NCBI GenBank assembly: GCA_965226795.1 | Contig: CBDDDZ010000005.1 | Location: 2,048,001 to 2,112,000, forward strand | DNA length: 64,000 nucleotides | DNA from: Candidatus Latescibacterota bacterium | Lineage (GTDB): Bacteria; Latescibacterota; UBA2968; GCA-2709665 | Direction of reading: 5' to 3' | Part shown: piece after piece, positions 17,026 to 27,750 of the stretch | Layout: every line of letters begins with the position of its first letter | Numbering within the stretch: position 1 is the first letter of the stretch | The notes under the pieces: generated by a model | Told to the model about the DNA's origin: nothing | Database searches by the model: none | Seen by the model: the letters and a program-made list of their open reading frames with translations, nothing else | Made by a program: the position numbers and the translations under genes

Positions 17026-18657
17026 ATGAACGGTGCGGATCTGCTGGTGGCCGAACTCAAGAAAAAAAGTGTCGCCTTTATCGCAACCCTCTGCGGCCAC
17101 GGGCTTGACGATCTGGACGACGCCTGCGACCGGGCGGGAATGCGGCTTGTCGACGTGCGTAACGAACAGGCCGCGGGATATATCGCCGAAGCCGTCGGAC
17201 GCCTCAGCCGCACCGTGGGCGTCTGCGCCGTCAGCAGCGGCGTCGCGCACGTCAACGCGCTCACAGGTGTCTGCAACGCCCACTTCGACGGCGCGCCGAT
17301 GCTGCTCATCACCGGGAGCGGCCCCGCCGGCACCGCCGGACTCGGCCACTTTCAGGATCTGGACCAGGTTGCCATCGCGGAACCGCTGTGCAAATACGCG
17401 AGAACCATCCACCATCCGGAGCGTATCCCGCAGACTCTTCACGAGGCCTTTGAAGCCGCCATATCCGGCAGGCCCGGACCCGTACACCTCACCGTCCCGC
17501 AGAACGTCCTGAGCGCCGAAGTTCACGCCGACGCCGTCCTGCGCGTTCACGACTCCAGCCATCCCACCCCCACCGTGGCATCGGGGCATCCGGGAGAAAT
17601 CGACCGAATCGCCGACCTGCTTGCACGCTCCGACCGCCCCCTTCTGGTGGCCGGGAGCGGAACGCACTATGCGGGCGGCAATACGGCGCTGGTGGAGTTC
17701 ACCCGCGCCCTGGCCGTTCCGGTAACGGTGCCGATCTGGGACCGGGGCGCCATCCCGCAGCCCATTGAGACGTTTATGGGCGTTGTCGGCGCCGCGAGCG
17801 GCGGCCCCCGGCTCCTGCCGGATGCGGACCTGGTACTGCTGGCCGGCGCGGCCTGCGACTACCGGGTCGGCTACCTCCAGCCGCCCGCCGTGCACCCCGA
17901 GGCAACCATTGTGCGCATCCACGCGGATGCCTTCTACGTCAATCAGGGAATTGGCGCCCACCTGCGCGTGGCGGCCGATCCGGGTTCCGCGCTCGCCCAG
18001 TTGACCGAAGCCGCGCGTTCAAAAAAAATCGCGCCCAAGACGGCCTGGCTCCAGGAAGCCGCCAGGCGCCGAAAAGCGTTTCGCCGGGAGTGTCTTGCCG
18101 CCCGAAAGGGAAACGGCCTGCACGCGATCGACATCCTCAGCGCCGTTCAGGCCGTCCTGACCGACGACACCGTTATCATTGTCGACGGCGGCAACATCGG
18201 GCAGTGGGCGCACCAGATCCTCTGCGACCGATATCCCGGCCACTGGCTCACCTGCGGCGCCAGCGGCGTTGTGGGCTTCGGTATTCCGGGAGCGATGGGC
18301 GCCCGCCTGCTATACCCGGAACGTCCCGTTATCCTCATCTCGGGCGATGGCGCGCTCACATTCACCGTTGCCGAACTCGAGGCCGCCGCCCGCCAGAATC
18401 TGCCCTTTGTGGTCCTTCTCGCCGACGACGAAGCCTGGGGAATCACACTCGCCGGACACGAGGCGCGTTACGGCCGCGGGATTACTTCCGAACTGGGTCC
18501 GATCGACTACGCGGGAATGGCGGAAGCCTTTGGCGCCAGGGGAATTCGCATTGAACACGCCGGCCAGATCCTTCCCGCGTTGCGGGACGGGCTGTGCGCG
18601 GCGCTGCCTACGCTCATTCACGTGCCTGTTGCACGGAGCAGTCCCACCGACAGATAG
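17026..18657 (+). CDS. Thiamine pyrophosphate-dependent enzyme (acetolactate synthase-like)
   Basis: VRNEQAAG, GRPGPVHL and TPP motif GDGA. Confidence 0.9.
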   Translation: MNGADLLVAELKKKSVAFIATLCGHGLDDLDDACDRAGMRLVDVRNEQAAGYIAEAVGRLSRTVGVCAVSSGVAHVNALTGVCNAHFDGAPMLLITGSGPAGTAGLGHFQDLDQVAIAEPLCKYARTIHHPERIPQTLHEAFEAAISGRPGPVHLTVPQNVLSAEVHADAVLRVHDSSHPTPTVASGHPGEIDRIADLLARSDRPLLVAGSGTHYAGGNTALVEFTRALAVPVTVPIWDRGAIPQPIETFMGVVGAASGGPRLLPDADLVLLAGAACDYRVGYLQPPAVHPEATIVRIHADAFYVNQGIGAHLRVAADPGSALAQLTEAARSKKIAPKTAWLQEAARRRKAFRRECLAARKGNGLHAIDILSAVQAVLTDDTVIIVDGGNIGQWAHQILCDRYPGHWLTCGASGVVGFGIPGAMGARLLYPERPVILISGDGALTFTVAELEAAARQNLPFVVLLADDEAWGITLAGHEARYGRGITSELGPIDYAGMAEAFGARGIRIEHAGQILPALRDGLCAALPTLIHVPVARSSPTDR

Positions 18658-18698
18658 GCCGGCAGCCCATCGGGCGAGGGATTTTGCATGCTTCGGAT

Positions 18699-20807
18699 TC
18701 ACATCACGCCGTACCAGCCGTACTGATCATCGGGAACCAGCACGAAATTGGACCGTACCGCGGGATACCAGGTATCCGGATTCCTTTTCCGATGATCGTC
18801 CACGGCGCGCACCTCCACAAAATACATCCGATTGGCCTCCGACACCTTCCACACAATCGACGTGTCTCCGGTCGTTTCCGACATCACTTCCTCCCGACAC
18901 GCTCGATCCGAGAAGACGCGCACGTCGTACTCTATCCTGCCACCACCCATCTTTATCGACCGCGCCCAATTGATCCGGACCTCCTTCCCGCCCACCCGCT
19001 GTGCCGGCAATGGCTGGGGGAATGTTGGCGGATGGGCCTTCTCGGCCCCCAGATAGTACGAGTAATACGGCTCCGACCCCCAGATGCCGAAAACGTAACC
19101 CAGAATCCAGAACCGGTCTTCGCTTTCGAGCAACTCAGGATCATACGCAAAACATTCCTGTGCAAAGCCATCGGCGAAATAAATATCCGACTTCAGTTCG
19201 GCCACGGACAACACCCTACCGGCTTTTTGCGGCTGATTGGCGCCGAAAAACAGCGCGTCCACGATATGATCGCTCCCGTCATACGTCGCCTCCGCAACCA
19301 CGTGGTGGGAAAGACCCACCGTCCGCACAGGGATGCCGAGCGCCTCCAGAATAGCCACCGTAACCGCAACGCCCTGCCCGCACCGTGCATCGTGCCCCTC
19401 CAGAATGGCCACCGGATCCTGTGTTTCAGGAATCTGGATCGGATTGTAATACAGCGCCCGATTCACGTAACCCGCTACCCGACTGACCGCATCCGCGTCC
19501 GAAGACGCTCCGCCTGTAATGGTTTCGGCAAGATGCCCGAGGTACTCCGCCTTGTCGGTTCCGGACGCGCGGCGGATCAACTCGGCCTCCTTCCCCGGCG
19601 GGTAAGCCGTAGCCGGACCCTCCATATTCACTATGGGCGGCGTCCACGGCTTGTGCGGCAGATAGAGCGACCGTTCTGCACCGTACGTGCGACGGTAGTT
19701 GCCCAGATGCGCCCGCCTGTCGAACGCCGTGTCCGGAATTCCGAAACCCGGTTCCTGCGCGGCAGGTTCGCTCTGCAGGACGATCCATGACCCGAAGATA
19801 TCTCCCAGTTTCCCGGGCTGCGCATAGGGTATTATTGTGCCCGTAATGACGAACCGCTCGCCGTCCGTCCAGTGATAACAAAGCAGCGGGACCCCGTCCC
19901 GTTGTTCCGCGGCCACCAGGTAGTCGAACGCCACCGTATCCGGATCAAATATCAGAAATCGATCCAGAAACCTCGGCGGCATGCCGTCAATCGTCAACGG
20001 CCCGTCCGGAATCACGATCCGACCCGTATTCGGATCCAGCCGGCTCGGATGCATATAATTGCTCAAGCAGATATACGCGCGGCCCTGGAACCCGAACCCT
20101 CCACCCATGAAACCGTAGATCCTTCCGTGATCCGGCGTCGAAATCCCGTCCTCCCACCGGCCCCGACCCGGTTCCAGCGGAAAAATCCGTCCCCTTGCCG
20201 TATCCCAGACATAAAGCACGCCGCGGTGTACGAGGGACCCCGACAACGCGGCATCCGGGTAGGGACCGGGGCGCTCGTCGACGAACCGCTCCGTGTGGGG
20301 ATCGAACCTGATGATTCGGGACGGTTCGCTCATTGGCGAATAGACCATCCCCTCAACGCACCATCCGCCTGCCAGCTGCCCCTCAAACGGACAGTCCACA
20401 ACACGCGGCTTTGCCAGCGGGCCATCCAGAACCAGCACCCTGGATGCCGAGCGCTCGAAGAGCAACACCTTTCCGCACGGTGTCTTTACTCCGTACCACA
20501 CGATTGGCCGGGTTCCGGGGATTTCCCGCCTTTCGCAGGTGCGCCGGACGTGGTCATAAACCAGGTAGTACGGCGCGTCGCCCAGGGTGAGCACCAGCTT
20601 ATCTTCCCAGGCAATGACCTGGACGACCGATCGATCCGCCATATGCGGCACGGGAATCTGAACCGTCTCCGCCGTACGTAAATTATGACCCGTCAATCGG
20701 TTGCGTCCACATCCCTCCCAAAGCCAATCCGCGCTGTCCACGTCAACCCCGAACGGCCTTCCGGTTTGAATCTCGTCGTGCCTGTACATCCACATCTGAT
20801 TTCTCAT
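18699..20807 (-). CDS. Hypothetical protein with a transglutaminase-like core
   Basis: ARCGQG / HHVVAE / IVDALF triad-like pattern, with beta-rich N- and C-terminal regions. Confidence 0.65.
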   Translation of the reverse strand: MRNQMWMYRHDEIQTGRPFGVDVDSADWLWEGCGRNRLTGHNLRTAETVQIPVPHMADRSVVQVIAWEDKLVLTLGDAPYYLVYDHVRRTCERREIPGTRPIVWYGVKTPCGKVLLFERSASRVLVLDGPLAKPRVVDCPFEGQLAGGWCVEGMVYSPMSEPSRIIRFDPHTERFVDERPGPYPDAALSGSLVHRGVLYVWDTARGRIFPLEPGRGRWEDGISTPDHGRIYGFMGGGFGFQGRAYICLSNYMHPSRLDPNTGRIVIPDGPLTIDGMPPRFLDRFLIFDPDTVAFDYLVAAEQRDGVPLLCYHWTDGERFVITGTIIPYAQPGKLGDIFGSWIVLQSEPAAQEPGFGIPDTAFDRRAHLGNYRRTYGAERSLYLPHKPWTPPIVNMEGPATAYPPGKEAELIRRASGTDKAEYLGHLAETITGGASSDADAVSRVAGYVNRALYYNPIQIPETQDPVAILEGHDARCGQGVAVTVAILEALGIPVRTVGLSHHVVAEATYDGSDHIVDALFFGANQPQKAGRVLSVAELKSDIYFADGFAQECFAYDPELLESEDRFWILGYVFGIWGSEPYYSYYLGAEKAHPPTFPQPLPAQRVGGKEVRINWARSIKMGGGRIEYDVRVFSDRACREEVMSETTGDTSIVWKVSEANRMYFVEVRAVDDHRKRNPDTWYPAVRSNFVLVPDDQYGWYGVM

Positions 20808-21006
20808 CAATTTCCCCCTCGCTGGCCGCGGCATCCGTCAACCCCCCTTCCTGGGAGCAGGAAGCGTAGGCGCCCAAAGGACACCCCGGCCCTCAAACCC
20901 ATTGACAAATCAAAAAAACCGGCTAATTTATGCCATAATTCAAATTTCGCCACCTTCCGCTCAATGCTGAATTCGAACGTGTCATTTCACATCAGCGAGG
21001 CGCAAT

Positions 21007-21693
21007 ATGGGTGTGATTACCGTCTCAAGAGAATACGGCAGCGACGGACGATCGGTCGCTCAGAAAGCAGCGGACCTGCTGGGTTATCTTTGCATGAACA
21101 AAGACCTGCTGGTGGAAGTGGCCAACGAAGCCCAGGTCCCGGTCTCCGAAGCCGAACGCTTTGACGAACGTCCTGAACATCCCGCTATGCGCGTGATTCG
21201 GAAATTCCTCACGCCCGGGCACCCTGAGGCCATCACGGGCCTCTCGGAGTACGAATGGTGCGTGACCGCCACGGTGCCCGAACTGACAAGCCAAACCGAT
21301 TCCGGTTTTCCTTTACCGGACGAAGAGGCCTTTGTCAACATCACGCGCGAAGTCATCACGCGTCTGGCCGAGCGGGACAACGTGGTCCTGGTGGGCCGGG
21401 GCGGACAGGTCCTGCTGAGAGATCAGCCCGCCACGCTGCACCTGCGGGTGATCGCTCCGATCGACTATCGAATTCAGGTGGTCATGGAGCGGGAAGATCT
21501 GGAGTCCGACGTTGCTGCGAAACGCATCCGAAGAATGGACGAATACAGGAAGCGCTATCTCAAAAGGCACTACGGAATTGCCTGGGACACCGCGGAAAAC
21601 TACCACCTGACGCTCAATACCGGCCAGACCGGAATCGAAGGCGCCGCCAGCATTGTCGCCGAAGCCATGCGGTATACAAGGAAGACACGGTGA
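21007..21693 (+). CDS. Cytidylate kinase-like family protein
   Basis: ITVSREYGSDG, VLVGRGG and YHLTLNT. Confidence 0.88.
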   Translation: MGVITVSREYGSDGRSVAQKAADLLGYLCMNKDLLVEVANEAQVPVSEAERFDERPEHPAMRVIRKFLTPGHPEAITGLSEYEWCVTATVPELTSQTDSGFPLPDEEAFVNITREVITRLAERDNVVLVGRGGQVLLRDQPATLHLRVIAPIDYRIQVVMEREDLESDVAAKRIRRMDEYRKRYLKRHYGIAWDTAENYHLTLNTGQTGIEGAASIVAEAMRYTRKTR

Positions 21694-21783
21694 AACTGAA
21701 CGCGCGCCGTTCGGGATAATCGGAGAACGCACAATGACGCCCCGGGGATCTTCTCTCCAGGGCGTCTATTTTTTCTCTGCCCT

Positions 21784-22224
21784 CTAACCTTCTTCTCTGA
21801 GCGTCTCCACCAGCATCTCCAGCGCCGCGATATAACCCCGCCACTTGAATCCGGCAACCTGCCCCACCACGATGGCCGAAAAGCAGGAATGCCGTCGGAA
21901 CGCTTCCCGGGCATGAATATTGGACAGATGCACCTCCACCGCCGGCAGCCGGCTATCTTCGATCGAATCCCGCAGTGAATGGCCGAACCCGGTCAGCCCC
22001 GCCGGATTGAGAATGATCCCCTGTACACGATCCCTCTCCGCCTGGACCTTATCGACAAGAACGCCCTCGTGGTTGGACTGCAGGAACTCCAACTCGCAGC
22101 CCAACGCACGCGCCCGTTCCTCAAGCCGGGAGTGGATCTCGTCCAGCGTGACCAGACCATAATGGGCCGCCTTCCGTTTGCCCAGCATATTCAGATTCGG
22201 TCCCTGGAGCACAAGTATCTTCAT
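21784..22224 (-). CDS. aroQ: Type II 3-dehydroquinate dehydratase
   Basis: LQGPNLNMLGKR, QSNHEG and VEVHLSNIHARE. Confidence 0.95.
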   Translation of the reverse strand: MKILVLQGPNLNMLGKRKAAHYGLVTLDEIHSRLEERARALGCELEFLQSNHEGVLVDKVQAERDRVQGIILNPAGLTGFGHSLRDSIEDSRLPAVEVHLSNIHAREAFRRHSCFSAIVVGQVAGFKWRGYIAALEMLVETLREEG

Positions 22225-22350
22225 GACGACTTCTCCGTTGTCCAATCCGACGCGCGGCAATATCGGGTACGTTCACCGTTTCACGCAACGGCTTCAAGAC
22301 GCCTTCCGACCAGTAAACGGGTCCATCGATCGGAGGTTCCGTTCCGACCC

Positions 22351-22441
22351 GTATTCTGTCCCGGAAATAGATTGCCGAAATTCGGCCGCCGAGTCGCCTG
22401 GCTCGCAAGGCGCCTGAGCGAGACGACCTGCGGAAGGTCGG
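22351..22441. repeat. Truncated copy of the MITE-like element at 31521-31731
   Basis: Shares AGATTGCCGAAATTCGGCCGCCGAGTCGC...GGCGCCTGAGC.AGACGACCTGCG.AAGGTCGG. Confidence 0.8.
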
Positions 22442-22455
22442 ATAACGTGTTTCGA

Positions 22456-23529
22456 CTAAATGTACCCGGCGCGGTCCTCCTGCAGGGCCGCGACAACGTC
22501 TCTGACGCGCTGTGCCCGGTCGCGCCGACAGATCAACAGCGCATCGGGCGTATCTACGACCACCAGACCCTCGACGTCCACAAGGGCGATCAGTTTACCC
22601 TCGATACCATAGGCGGTTATATTCCTCGAATTCAGATTCAACACCTCGCCGGAAATCAGATTGCCCTCCGTGTCGACGGGAAGGACTTCGGTCAACGCGC
22701 CCCAGCTGCCGATATCGCTCCAGTCGATATCCGCCTCCAGGGTGGCCACCTTCGGGGCTCGTTCAATGATGGCATTGTCAATGGCCGCCTCCTTCATACG
22801 GGGATACTCTCGCTCGATCGCAGTCCGTTCCTCCCCAGTACCCACCGCCGACCGAATACGCATCAGAATACGATGGAGGTCCGGCTCGAACTGTTCGAAT
22901 AACGCCAGGACCGTGCGCGCCTTCCAGACGAACATGTTGCTGTTCCAGAGATAGTCGCCGCTCTCCACGTACCGGCTTGCCGTCTGTTCATCGGGTTTCT
23001 CCCTGAATCGCGCCACACGGTACACCGGCTCTCCGTTTACCCGCCTGGCGACCGCGCCCTTCTGGATATAACCGTATCCCGTTTCAACGCGGGTGGGTTT
23101 CACCCCTAGCGTAAACAGGGTATCCGGATCCTCCTCCGCGGCCTCTTCGGCCGCCCGTAGCAGACGGCAGAACTCCTCCGGCTTTCCTATATGGTGGTCC
23201 GAACCCAGGCTGGCCACCGTACAGCCGGGGTACCTGCTCTCGAGCAGCACGCATTCGAGGCCCACGGCCGGGCCGGTATTGCGCAGCGCCGGTTCGACAA
23301 TGAGGCCGGCCTCGGGCAGTTCCGGGAGCTGCTCCCGGACAAGGGCGGTCAGCTCGTTTCCCGTTGAAACGTGGAGGTCGCGGACGCCTACCAGCGGCCG
23401 GATCCGGTGCGCGGCCTGCTGCAACATGGTGTATTCGCCGACCATTCTGTGGAACTGCTTCGGCCGCGTTGTCCGGCTGAAGGGCCACAGGCGGGTGCCG
23501 AAACCGCCGGCCCGAATCACGAATTTCAT
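22456..23529 (-). CDS. Mannose-1-phosphate guanylyltransferase
   Basis: AGGFGTRLWPFSR..PKQF, EPALRNTGPA, ETGYGYI, FREKP and WSDIGSW. Confidence 0.92.
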   Translation of the reverse strand: MKFVIRAGGFGTRLWPFSRTTRPKQFHRMVGEYTMLQQAAHRIRPLVGVRDLHVSTGNELTALVREQLPELPEAGLIVEPALRNTGPAVGLECVLLESRYPGCTVASLGSDHHIGKPEEFCRLLRAAEEAAEEDPDTLFTLGVKPTRVETGYGYIQKGAVARRVNGEPVYRVARFREKPDEQTASRYVESGDYLWNSNMFVWKARTVLALFEQFEPDLHRILMRIRSAVGTGEERTAIEREYPRMKEAAIDNAIIERAPKVATLEADIDWSDIGSWGALTEVLPVDTEGNLISGEVLNLNSRNITAYGIEGKLIALVDVEGLVVVDTPDALLICRRDRAQRVRDVVAALQEDRAGYI

Positions 23530-24059
23530 TGTATTTCCCGTTGCACGGGCAAACGCCCCAATGCCGACCGATTCACTTTCACGGCGCTTACGGCGCCACC
23601 GCACGTGGCGTCTTCCACCGCGAAATAGACGCCCGAAAATCCGGATTGATCCGCCTGAAGGACCAGATTCAGAGCATATCCGGCATTCTCTACCAGATCC
23701 AGGTCGTCGACGCGATCCAGCGCGACCCAGTGCAGCCGGCCTTCGCTGCAGGGACTTAACGCCTCACGATCGGTATGCCCCGTGAGAAACACCACGGTTG
23801 CAACGCCGCCATCTTCAGGCCGGGTCAACACGACCCGGATGTCGAGGTTTTCGACGTCCTCCGCTTCGATTCCGGCTTCCTCGCCCAGCTCCCGGAGCGC
23901 CGCCGCTTCCAGATTGGCCATTTCGTCCGGTTCCACCCGACCTCCGACCCCTGTCCAGCGGCCCGGCGCAAACCCCTTGTGAGGCGCGCGCTCAAGTAAC
24001 AAAACACGGTTTTTCCGAAACAGAAAAACCGCCACATAGACGTTGAGACCCGCACCCAT
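23526..24059 (-). CDS. NUDIX hydrolase
   Basis: GGRVEPDE...AALRELGEEAG Nudix box. Confidence 0.85.
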   Translation of the reverse strand: MGAGLNVYVAVFLFRKNRVLLLERAPHKGFAPGRWTGVGGRVEPDEMANLEAAALRELGEEAGIEAEDVENLDIRVVLTRPEDGGVATVVFLTGHTDREALSPCSEGRLHWVALDRVDDLDLVENAGYALNLVLQADQSGFSGVYFAVEDATCGGAVSAVKVNRSALGRLPVQREIQ

Positions 24060-24149
24060 GACTGCCTTCCTCGAGATCGCCATCCGGGAACAGGAACAGC
24101 GGGGCGTCATGGTCCTCGGTCGTGCTCCGAACTCAGGACAGACCTGTGG

Positions 24150-25025
24150 TCATACCCGAACATCCGCGCCGGATTGCGATTGCAACAGCAGTGCAAACAG
24201 CCTGGCCAGCGTCTGCCGAATTTCGCTGCGAGGCACAATCATATCGACAAACCCGTGCTCCAGAACCTTTTCGGCGCGCTGGGCCCGACGGAGCGCTTCC
24301 AATTCCTCCTCGCCCACGGAACTGCCGGTAATCCGCTCTCCCGTAAAACCGATCAACGCATTGGGCTCCGCAATATTGATATCGCCGATAAGGGCGTAGC
24401 TGGCAGACACGCCGGCGGTAGTGGGATCGGTCAGAATGGAAATGAACAATAGACCCGCGTCTGCAAACCGCGACAGCCTGGCGTTGATTTTCGCCAGCTG
24501 CATCAGGGATAGCGCGCTCTCCTGCATCCGGGCTCCACCCGAGCGGCAGATCAGAATGAGGGGTAGCCGCTCCGTGATACAGCGATCTATCAGGCGGCAA
24601 AACCGCTCGCCCTCCGCCGAAGACAGCGTACCCATGATGAACGCCGGTTCGTGGATACCCACGCCGACGCGCCAACCCTCGATCTTACCGATGCCGACAC
24701 AAACCGCCGCATCCAGCCCGGTGGCTTTTCGACTCTCCCGGATCCGATCCGCATATCGCTTGCGATCCTCGAAATTCAGCGGATCGGCGGATTTAACCTC
24801 GGTGGCGATTTCCTCGAAAGAGCCGGCGTCCAGAATATGATCCAGATACTCTTTATAGCCGATCCTGAAATGTGCACCGCAATGGGGACATATCCCGAAC
24901 TCCTGCCGCACCTGCTTGCTGTAAAGCGTGTGATGGCAGCGTTCGCACTTGATCCATAGATTGTCGGGCATCGTCCGCCGGACCAGCGTTTGAATGCCCG
25001 ACTTCAACCGATCGAACCAATTCAC
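24150..25025 (-). CDS. accD: Acetyl-CoA carboxylase carboxyltransferase beta subunit
   Basis: Zinc ribbon WIKCERC...CPHC, SGGARMQE and DPTTAGVSAS. Confidence 0.95.
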   Translation of the reverse strand: MNWFDRLKSGIQTLVRRTMPDNLWIKCERCHHTLYSKQVRQEFGICPHCGAHFRIGYKEYLDHILDAGSFEEIATEVKSADPLNFEDRKRYADRIRESRKATGLDAAVCVGIGKIEGWRVGVGIHEPAFIMGTLSSAEGERFCRLIDRCITERLPLILICRSGGARMQESALSLMQLAKINARLSRFADAGLLFISILTDPTTAGVSASYALIGDINIAEPNALIGFTGERITGSSVGEEELEALRRAQRAEKVLEHGFVDMIVPRSEIRQTLARLFALLLQSQSGADVRV

Positions 25026-25511
25026 GATTATGTTTCCTTTCAGACCAGTTTCATTCCTACGTTTCCGCGCCGTCGGAACCCGTTCGGGCGGAACGCGAAA
25101 TATACCCCCATGGGCAGCTTAAGACAAGAAAATTAATACATAGCAAGCAGTTAGACCGGTCGGTCGCACAGACTTGCGTTTCTTTCCGACCGAGGATGAT
25201 GGCCGATTAATCTGGAGAGACACCCCTCGCTTTTCGACCGGACATATAGATTTTCTATTGACTTGCTTTCATGAATCTTATAGTTTTCCTTCCGCGATTC
25301 ACTGATTGACGACGCTGAATGCCCGTCCTATGCCTTGTGTCGATTTTCAGTGTTTCGAGCACCGTTGCGGGCGATCGGAATCGAATCTTTCCCGATCGTG
25401 GAATCGGCATTCCGAATGCCTGAACACCCTGGCGGAGGCGGGACGTCCAGGTGACCCCTGATTGCTTTCGCTTCCGGAAAGAGCCATCCTCACCGAATTG
25501 GAAACCATTTC

Positions 25512-26396
25512 GTGCTTACCGAAAGCCTGAAGGTTTTTTGTGACCTTATAGAAACCCAGAGCTTTTCCAAAACCGCCCTGCTCAACGACGTCAGCCAATC
25601 GGCTGTCAGCCAGCAACTCAAGAGCATCGAAGAACGACATGAGCGTCAGCTGGTACAGCGGGAGAAGAGACGGCTTTCCCTTACGGCGGAAGGTGAAATC
25701 TTCTACGGCTATGCACGGGAGATCGTCCGCCGATACGACGAAATGCAACACCGTATACAGGCACTGAGCGGCGAGGTTTCCGGTACCGTTCGACTTTCCG
25801 CCATCTACAGCGTGGGCATGATGGAACTGGCCCCGTTTCTGAAGAACTATATCAAGTCCCATCCAAGAGTCAATCTGCGATTGTCTTATACGCAGGCGAA
25901 AAACATCTACGACGACGTCGCAAGCGGCCAGATCGACCTCGGGGTTGTTGCCTTTCCCCGCTCTCAACGAAATGTGGACGCCGTCCCGTTCGTGGAAGAT
26001 CCGATGGTGGTGATCTGCTCAGTATCCAACCCGCTCAGCATGCAACCAACCGTCAGTCCGGGTGAACTGGGCGAACATCCACTTATCCTATTCACCCGTG
26101 AAGCTCCCACCCGGACGGCCATCGACCGTTATTTCCGGAAACACGGCGTGACCCTCCGCTCGGCCATGGAACTGGACCACATAGCTACCTTGATTCATGC
26201 CGTCGAAGTCGATATCGGAATTTCCCTCGTGCCTTCATCGGCAATGAGACAGGGACGATTCAAAGACACCCTCAAGGTGCTTCCACTCCGTGGCAAACCA
26301 TTGATACGACCTCTGGGCGTCCTGCTACGCAAAGGACGCAGTTTTTCCATGGCCACACAGAAATTGTTCGAAACGTTGACCCGCAACAACCGGTAA
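25512..26396 (+). CDS. LysR-family transcriptional regulator
   Basis: SFSKTA...VSQSAVSQQLKSIE helix-turn-helix; 294 aa. Confidence 0.92.
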   Translation: MLTESLKVFCDLIETQSFSKTALLNDVSQSAVSQQLKSIEERHERQLVQREKRRLSLTAEGEIFYGYAREIVRRYDEMQHRIQALSGEVSGTVRLSAIYSVGMMELAPFLKNYIKSHPRVNLRLSYTQAKNIYDDVASGQIDLGVVAFPRSQRNVDAVPFVEDPMVVICSVSNPLSMQPTVSPGELGEHPLILFTREAPTRTAIDRYFRKHGVTLRSAMELDHIATLIHAVEVDIGISLVPSSAMRQGRFKDTLKVLPLRGKPLIRPLGVLLRKGRSFSMATQKLFETLTRNNR

Positions 26397-26468
26397 GCTG
26401 CCGAAAAGACGCCAGCCGATTCGGAGACCTCAAACTTCAATCACCTCCTCCCGTGGAAGAGGTTCGTC

Positions 26469-27083
26469 ATGAGTGAGTCGTTCGAGTTGCCTCTTTTTCC
26501 GCTGGAGCTAGTCCTTTTTCCCTTCCAGCAGATTCCTCTTCATATCTTCGAAGGACGATATCGGCAAATGATCAAACTTTGCATGGATACGAAGGTGGAG
26601 TTCGGCATCGTGTGCGGCACAGACGACGACTTTTGCGATACCGGGTGCGCCGCGACCGTTAGCAGACTGGTTACCCGGTTTCCGGACGGACGTATGAACA
26701 TCCTGGTTCGGGGCACCAGGCGTTTCCGGGCGATGAAACGCCTGGATGTCCACCCGTATATATCAGGAATCGTGGAGGAAGTTGAAGATGCCACGGAAAC
26801 CCCGGACACCGAACTCGCCGACCGGGCCCTTACCCTCTACCAGGACGCGGTCAAACTCTCGCTGGGCTGGCTTCACTGGAGACGGGAGTCGACCTGCCCT
26901 CCCTCGGAGCTGTCCTATACCATCGCCGCCAGCCTCAACCTGACGCTCTCTCAAAAGCAGGCATTCCTGGAAACGACATCCGTGAACCGGCGCCTGCAAT
27001 CCGTATCCGATACCCTCGAAAACGCACTGAAGACCGTACGTGAAATAAAGCGAAGAACCCGCGGCAACGGCCACATGGCGTAG
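26469..27083 (+). CDS. Lon peptidase N-terminal (substrate-binding) domain protein
   Basis: LPLFPLELVLFP..PLHIFEGRYRQM. Confidence 0.9.
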   Translation: MSESFELPLFPLELVLFPFQQIPLHIFEGRYRQMIKLCMDTKVEFGIVCGTDDDFCDTGCAATVSRLVTRFPDGRMNILVRGTRRFRAMKRLDVHPYISGIVEEVEDATETPDTELADRALTLYQDAVKLSLGWLHWRRESTCPPSELSYTIAASLNLTLSQKQAFLETTSVNRRLQSVSDTLENALKTVREIKRRTRGNGHMA

Positions 27084-27097
27084 CATAAGGAGCCCGT

Positions 27098-27658
27098 ATG
27101 TCCCTACCGAGCCGGGATGAAGCCTTTCAACTTTTGTGCGAACACACCAGAAATCCGAATCTTATCAAGCACATGCTGGCCGTCGAAGCGGCGATGCGGG
27201 CCTACGCGCGCAGATTCGGGCAGGATGAGGATCTGTGGGGCATTACAGGGCTGCTGCATGACTTCGACTACGAGAAACATCCCAAACCCGAAGAGCACCC
27301 GATGGTTGGCGTTCGCATCCTCACGGAAAAAGGGTATCCCCCGGACATCATCCACGCCATAAAATCCCACGCCACCTATCTGGACGTGCCCAGAGACAGC
27401 CTCCTCGACAAGGCCCTGTTCGCCGTGGACGAACTCACCGGGTTTATCGTGGCCGTTACGCTCATGCAACCTTCCAGGAGGTTGGAGGAACTGAAGACCT
27501 CTTCTGTACGCAGGAAGATGAAACAGAAGGGTTTCGCGCGGGCGGTCAGCCGGGAGGACATCCACACGGGGGCATCGGAACTCGGTGTGGATCCGGACGA
27601 ACACATTGCATTCGTGCGAGATGCAATGGCCGGCATCGCTCAGGAACTGGACCTTTAG
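27098..27658 (+). CDS. HD-domain (HDIG) hydrolase
   Basis: KHMLAVE, GLLHDFDYE and AVDELTG. Confidence 0.9.
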   Translation: MSLPSRDEAFQLLCEHTRNPNLIKHMLAVEAAMRAYARRFGQDEDLWGITGLLHDFDYEKHPKPEEHPMVGVRILTEKGYPPDIIHAIKSHATYLDVPRDSLLDKALFAVDELTGFIVAVTLMQPSRRLEELKTSSVRRKMKQKGFARAVSREDIHTGASELGVDPDEHIAFVRDAMAGIAQELDL

Positions 27659-27750
27659 AAGCTGTCTTAAAACCCCCAGCGGTCTTCACGCGGGCGCCGC
27701 CGGGCATCCCTGGCGGGCCGGCGCCGCGCATAAATACCGGTCGCCTCACC

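Noticed and set aside
25200..25511. Riboswitch in the accD/LysR intergenic region
   Set aside because: A few hairpins and a GGAGAGA word are present, but no complete consensus of a known class.
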